NCBI GenBank assembly: GCA_027001995.1
Contig: JALTLO010000086.1
Span: 26,224-58,197, forward strand
Length of the DNA: 31,974 bases
Source: Planctomycetota bacterium
GTDB lineage: Bacteria > Planctomycetota > GCA-002687715 > DRQF01
Direction: 5' to 3'
Shown here: positions 27,973 to 31,974 of the stretch, in pieces
How positions within the stretch are numbered: the stretch's first letter is position 1
Layout: every line of letters starts with the position of its first letter
Translations under genes and position numbers: made by a program
Notes under the pieces: model-generated
Databases searched by the model: none
Told to the model about the DNA's origin: nothing
Seen by the model: only the letters and a program-made list of their open reading frames with translations

Positions 27973-28665
27973 ATGAAAGCCTCTCAAAAACGAATGATCT
28001 TACTTCTGGCTGGCTCTTGGGGGTTGCGCTACGTGGGATTCGTCATCATGACTATCTTGGCGGTTTGGTGTGAGGCAAGGCCCGCCCCCCATCTCTCCGA
28101 CTCGATTCTCGAACAGGTGCCCTTTGTTTCATGGGTTTCCAGTTGGAATTATCATTTTTGGATTCTGGCCTGGGCACCACCCACGTTTTGGTTGATTGCA
28201 AAATGGCCGAAGCGGGCTTGTCGGCTTCTCTATGTGGGAGGCGTTTTGTCCGTTGTCCGAGGGCTTTGCATTTTTGCCACGGGCTTGGGCCCAGTGCGGG
28301 GGGAGGACATCAACGCGGGCATGAGTGCTGCAGCCCGTTGGGAGGGCATCAGTGCCATTGCCAACCCCTTTCACGCCTTGGCTGAAAATGCCGCTTTCGA
28401 ATACCTCACCAAGGACTTGTTCTTCTCAGGACACATCGCCACTACGTTCTTGGTCTTGCTCTATGTTTGGCCCCATAAGTTTACCAGATCATGGGCGTTG
28501 ATCGCCCACCTCTTGGTCTTGGTCAGCGTTTATCTCAGCCATCTTCACTACACCATCGACATCATCGGGGCCTACGCCATCACCTTCACCCTTTTTGTCC
28601 TCATGGAAAAGGACCCCCGAACTTCCACCATGAAAGACATGGGACCATCCTGGTCGGAAATATAG
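27973..28665 (+). CDS. PAP2-superfamily membrane protein, sphingomyelin/IPC synthase-like
   Basis: About 6 TM helices, DLFFSGH and HYTIDIIGA motifs. Confidence 0.75.
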   Translation: MKASQKRMILLLAGSWGLRYVGFVIMTILAVWCEARPAPHLSDSILEQVPFVSWVSSWNYHFWILAWAPPTFWLIAKWPKRACRLLYVGGVLSVVRGLCIFATGLGPVRGEDINAGMSAAARWEGISAIANPFHALAENAAFEYLTKDLFFSGHIATTFLVLLYVWPHKFTRSWALIAHLLVLVSVYLSHLHYTIDIIGAYAITFTLFVLMEKDPRTSTMKDMGPSWSEI

Positions 28666-28807
28666 CTCAAATCTTGCCAATGATTCTGAATCTAATTCGT
28701 TTTCGAGAGTGATTCGCACATCCAATCTTGGCAGCCCTCAACGCCCTTGACCGCGGCGCTCTTGCAAAAAGAATCGGAATCCAGAACAGTTGCTCCAATT
28801 TTCCAAT

Positions 28808-29100
28808 TCAGCTCGCAATCTTCATAGAATCTGGTCGACCCGCTGCCGACATCTTGTTCAAGATATTATAATCCAACATCGCCTCGGTTTCTTGCGTCCC
28901 GTTGCACCTTGATCGAAGCCTTCTACCGATGATCGTCTTGTACTTGAAGAACGTGTTCTCGACTTTCCTTTGACGATGGTAAGCGGCTCCTTTTTCCATG
29001 TCGTCGACCGACTTTCTTCACTCGCTGGACGGTCTTGTTGCTGTTCTTAGATCCGTTCTTGTTGACCCGCACTCCCTTGATTGGGGTAAGATTAATGGTG
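28808..29100 (-). pseudogene. IS5-family (IS903-like) transposase C-terminal remnant
   Basis: YHRQRKVENTFFKYKTIIGRRLRSR...Q.TE...ILNKM...GRPDS. The upstream part (NKTVQRVKKVGRR) is in another frame (frameshift near 29000) and the N-terminus is missing. Confidence 0.75.
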
Positions 29101-29155
29101 TGTCGCAGAATCAAGAGTCAGCATGCCAATTCATGGCAACAAAATGGCAATTGAC

Positions 29156-29194
29156 AAAAGAAGGGCCGCCTCACCAAATGTGAAACAGCCCTTC
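29156..29194 (-). terminator. Rho-independent terminator downstream of the tRNA-Arg pair
   Basis: On the minus strand: GAAGGGCTGTTTCAC-ATTTG-GTGAGGCGGCCCTTC followed by TTTT. Confidence 0.7.
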
Positions 29195-29221
29195 AAGAGT
29201 TTCAGCTTATTGTGCTTAGGG

Positions 29222-29243
29222 AAGTACGCCCAGCAGGACTTGA
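29222..29243 (-). repeat. 22-bp direct repeat of the tRNA-Arg(TCT) 3' end (att-like)
   Basis: AAGTACGCCCAGCAGGACTTGA at 29222-29243 is identical to 29420-29441. Confidence 0.85.
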
Positions 29244-29422
29244 CCTAAGCTTCCGAGCCTTGGCGAGGTCGCGTGGCATCGGAGCATCCCAATGATGGTC
29301 ATCCGAGTTTTCGTGTCGTCATGCCGCCATCATGTCGCCCTTTTCATGGAAGGCATTGGCGGAGATAACAACGTGTAGGGAGGTGGCCAAAATGGCAGCC
29401 CGTGGACCAAGAGAAACTAAAG

Positions 29423-29496
29423 TACGCCCAGCAGGACTTGAACCTGCGACCTACGGATTAGAAATCCGTTGCTCTATCCGGCTGAGCTATGGGCGC
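29423..29496 (-). tRNA. tRNA-Arg(TCT)
   Basis: GCGCCCA/TGGGCGT acceptor, ACGGA-TTTCTAA-TCCGT anticodon arm and GGTTCAAGTCC T arm. CCA not encoded. Confidence 0.95.
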
Positions 29497-29528
29497 TTGT
29501 GCCCTGTGGCTCTCACGAGGGCTTTAAG

Positions 29529-29601
29529 TACTCCTGTCGCGACTCGAACGCGAAATTCCGGCTTCGGAGGCCAGCGGTTTATCCAATTAGCCTACAGGAG
29601 C
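29529..29601 (-). tRNA. tRNA-Arg(CCG)
   Basis: GCTCCTG/CAGGAGT acceptor, CTGGC-CTCCGAA-GCCGG anticodon arm and TCGCG-TTCGAGT-CGCGA T arm. Confidence 0.92.
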
Positions 29602-29645
29602 AAATAGGCCCCGCACAGAGGCGGGGCCTTTCATCTGCGTTGCGC

Positions 29646-29673
29646 ATTGTATTGCGCTCAAACTGAAGCTCAA
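29646..29673 (-). promoter_or_regulatory. Candidate sigma70 promoter for the tRNA-Arg pair
   Basis: TTGAGC-N16-TACAAT on the minus strand, about 45 nt upstream of tRNA-Arg(CCG). Confidence 0.45.
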
Positions 29674-29707
29674 GACTTACGGTGAAGCTTGGCAACAATT
29701 TGCAATC

Positions 29708-29923
29708 CTATAGGTCGTGGGCACGAACTGTAGAACGCTTGTTGCTGTCTGCACGGTTGCAGGCAGAATCGAGCAATTCATGAACTTTTTCATTGAGAGC
29801 TTCGAGAAGCTCGCCCGAAGTCATGCAGCCGTTGCCCTTGATGACACCCTTGACCTTGGAACCGACGATAAGTGTGTCCAGGCTCTTTTTCTTAGCAGCC
29901 TTCTTTTTGGCCTTTTTTGCCAT
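29708..29923 (-). CDS. Bacterial histone-fold protein with a Lys-rich N-terminal tail
   Basis: LIVGSKVK...TSGELLEALNEKVHELL..A..RA..NKRSTVRAHDL, which contains the RxTxxxxD histone motif and resembles Bdellovibrio Bd0055. TAAGGA RBS 9 nt upstream. Confidence 0.88.
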   Translation of the reverse strand: MAKKAKKKAAKKKSLDTLIVGSKVKGVIKGNGCMTSGELLEALNEKVHELLDSACNRADSNKRSTVRAHDL

Positions 29924-30261
29924 GTGTGTTGATCCTTATTCTTGAATCCAAAACAAGTTGAAACTCGTCCTGAGCAGGGTGAAACCCGTTTCTCACCCGA
30001 ATTGCTCGAAATCCTACGTCACCGGGACGACATGGCAAGGCGTAAAACCGCGATTCAGTGCCAAAATCGGCGTTTATGGCCGGATTTGTCGTGTTTATTT
30101 CTCAAAAACGCCGCGAATCGTCGAAATGTGGCGTTTTTCGGTGATGGCTTGGTCGCGTTAACGCAATTGGCCAGGGTGGTGAAAGTGCGTCGTAACAGTC
30201 GCAAGAGAGGAGAGAATAGGGAGATAAAGCGAATGGATTTTTGAGAAGGAAAAGCTTGGCC

Positions 30262-30290
30262 TTGATGGATCTCTTGTGCTTTCATATCTT
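30262..30290 (+). promoter_or_regulatory. Candidate sigma70 promoter for tRNA-His/tRNA-Lys
   Basis: TTGATG-N17-TATCTT, about 50 nt upstream of tRNA-His. Confidence 0.5.
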
Positions 30291-30342
30291 GGCGCGCTCA
30301 GGGGTTTCGGCCCTGGAGTTGTGCTTGTGAAAGCGAGCATAT

Positions 30343-30417
30343 GGAGGGCATAGCTCAGTTGGTTAGAGCGCCGGTTTGTGGTTCCGGAGGTCGGGGGTTC
30401 GATTCCCCTTGCCCTCC
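30343..30417 (+). tRNA. tRNA-His(GTG)
   Basis: G-1 plus GAGGGCA/TGCCCTC acceptor, C discriminator, anticodon loop TTGTGGT and GGTTCGATTCC T arm. Confidence 0.95.
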
Positions 30418-30454
30418 CTCCATTTTTGATCGTGGGAGAAACATTTCTCCTTTT

Positions 30455-30527
30455 GCTCGCGTAGCTCAGTAGGCAGAGCAGCTGATTCTTAATCAGCGGG
30501 TCCCAGGTTCGATCCCTGGCGCGAGCA
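30455..30527 (+). tRNA. tRNA-Lys(CTT)
   Basis: GCTCGCG/CGCGAGC acceptor, GCTGA-TTCTTAA-TCAGC anticodon arm and GGTTCGATCCC T arm. Confidence 0.95.
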
Positions 30528-30531
30528 CTCC

Positions 30532-30557
30532 ACCCGTCATCCCATGGCGGGTTTTTT
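30532..30557 (+). terminator. Rho-independent terminator after tRNA-Lys
   Basis: ACCCGTCAT-CCC-ATGGCGGGT followed by TTTTT. Confidence 0.75.
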
Positions 30558-30720
30558 CGTGCCAAGGTTATCGTGAAAATTGGGTGTGGGATCGAGCCGG
30601 GGACTTCGGGGAGCTTGGGCTCGAAGTTGTCGTGTGCGTGCGCTTGGGTTGGGCTTGGACCGTATGAGGGAAAAGTGGCGCGTTTTCTTCTTGGTGCGCG
30701 TGGATCCGTAGTCTCGCTGC

Positions 30721-30801
30721 GGGAGCAGTGGCCTCTGGCCGCTTCCTCTTGTTTTCGTTTTTTGGAGGAAGACCAAGAAGCGGCGGGACGCCACTGCTCC
30801 C
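30721..30801. repeat. REP doublet (REPIN-like) downstream of the RAYT gene
   Basis: GGGAGCAGTGGCCTCTGGCCGCTTC and inverted GAAGCGGCGGGACGCCACTGCTCCC, separated by a ~31-bp spacer. Confidence 0.85.
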
Positions 30802-30814
30802 GGGAAGAGAGCGG

Positions 30815-31369
30815 TTACTTTTTCCAAGCACTTGAGAATCTCCAATCAGCAGCTGTTGCGCAAAGCCCAGCCTTGACTGGATTCTCCTCGATGTAATTGA
30901 GCGCGCTGGAGAAATGCTCTTCATTTCGTATGTATCGATCAAAGTAGTCGGCGTGCCAAACTGCTCCTGATTGCCCTAGCGTCTTGTTGATCTTATGTGC
31001 GGAATAACTCTTCCAACTGTGAATGGCTTTCCAAAGTGTGATCTCGGGTCTGAGAGTCAGCAGGACATGAACATGGTTTGGCATTACAACCCAAGCATGA
31101 ACCCAATAGCGAATCTCATGGAAGTGGAGGATCGAATTCGCAACAACATGAGCAAGATTCGTTTTTCTTAGGATACAGCGCCCGGCGCCCTGATCGAGAA
31201 GTTTCTCGACGCCCTCCATGTCTTTCGACAATATGGAAAGCGTTTTCTTGGGATGGCTGTCGATCAACCCGAAGGTGACCATTTGGGAGACGCCATAAGC
31301 ATCACAATGAGGCAAGCGTTTTTCGTCTCGTCTGAGTTCTTGATTCGATCTCATAAAGATTGGATCCAC
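30815..31369 (-). mobile_element. REP-associated tyrosine transposase (RAYT, HUH/Y1)
   Basis: LPH, VTF, WVVMPNHVHVLL (HUH), WKSYSA, WHADYFDRYIR, YIEENPVKAGL (catalytic Tyr) and WRFSS. AGGAG RBS before GTG. Confidence 0.92.
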
Positions 31370-31562
31370 AGAATTCTCCTTTCATGTATTACTTGACGAG
31401 AACGTGGATGATCGTGGACCTAAGAATTTGAGATTTTCCAATTGCCTACACAGGGTGAAGTCTCGTGAATCCTTGGGATTGGGGAGAGTGGCTGTTGATC
31501 GTCGCGAGGAACGTGCACTGGGGGGACTTCTTACCTTTTCATGGATTTTGGGCGAGTGCGAA

Positions 31563-31974
31563 GAAGCGGCGGGACGCCACTGCTCCCGGGAAGAGTAGGT
31601 TTTTTGCTCCGCTGGGAGCAGTGGCCTCTGGCCGCTTCCTCTTGTTTTCGTTTTTTGGAGGAAGACCAAGAAGCGGCGGGACGCCACTGCTCCTGGGTGA
31701 GTAGGTTTCTTGCTCCGCGGGGAGCATTGGCCTCTGGCCGCTTCTTCTTGTTTTCGTTTTTTGGAGGAAGACCAAGAAGCGGCGGGACGCCACTGCTCCC
31801 GGGAAGAATTGGTTTTTTGCTCCGCTGGGAGCATTGGGCTTTGGCCGCTTCTTCTTGTTTTCGTTTCTTGGAGAAAGACGAAGAAGCGGCGGGACGCCAC
31901 TGCTCCCGGGAAGAATTGGTTTTTTGCTCCGCGGGGAGCATTGGCCTCTGGCCGCTTCTTCTTGTTTTCGTTTT
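31563..31974. repeat. Tandem array of REP doublets (~107-bp period, BIME-like), running off the window
   Basis: GGGAGCA-starting units at 31614, 31720, 31827 and 31934, plus a lone inverted REP at 31563-31587. Spacers are near-identical. Confidence 0.9.

Noticed and set aside
29222..29300. A fifth tRNA gene
   Set aside because: Only the 3' 22 bp match a tRNA. No D arm or anticodon arm can be folded.
29332..30565. ORFs 29332-29607, 29469-29666, 29942-30244 and 30158-30565
   Set aside because: They overlap tRNA genes or regulatory DNA and have no protein-like features.
31382..31941. ORFs of 172, 136 and 84 aa across the repeat array
   Set aside because: They are repetitive translations of REP units with no recognisable domain.
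31563..31974. CRISPR array
   Set aside because: Inter-repeat segments are near-identical rather than unique, repeats alternate in orientation, there are no cas genes, and the adjacent RAYT explains the repeats.

Overview
Bacterial chromosomal window of roughly balanced GC, plausibly Planctomycetota-like by inference from gene content. It is mostly housekeeping and metabolic genes: Gfo/Idh/MocA oxidoreductase, GT2 glycosyltransferase, MBL hydrolase, FMN glutamate synthase-like protein, M48 peptidase, AbmA-like monooxygenase/reductase, tex, yigZ, hemB, htpG, birA, a MoxR-DUF58-transglutaminase operon, radical SAM, PLD and an FG-GAP protein. The right end carries four tRNA genes. Highlights: (1) a selenoprotein split by the ORF track, a lipoprotein Trx7/PDZ protein with an in-frame UGA in a CVP-U-KNC motif, a SECIS-like hairpin and a CxxCH motif; (2) a 71-aa bacterial histone-fold protein with a lysine-rich N-terminal tail, inside the tRNA cluster; (3) a ~200-bp att-flanked mini-element or scar at the 3' end of tRNA-Arg(TCT), near an IS5 remnant; (4) a RAYT transposase flanked by REP-like doublets amplified into a ~107-bp tandem array; (5) a membrane protein with sphingomyelin/IPC-synthase-like motifs.
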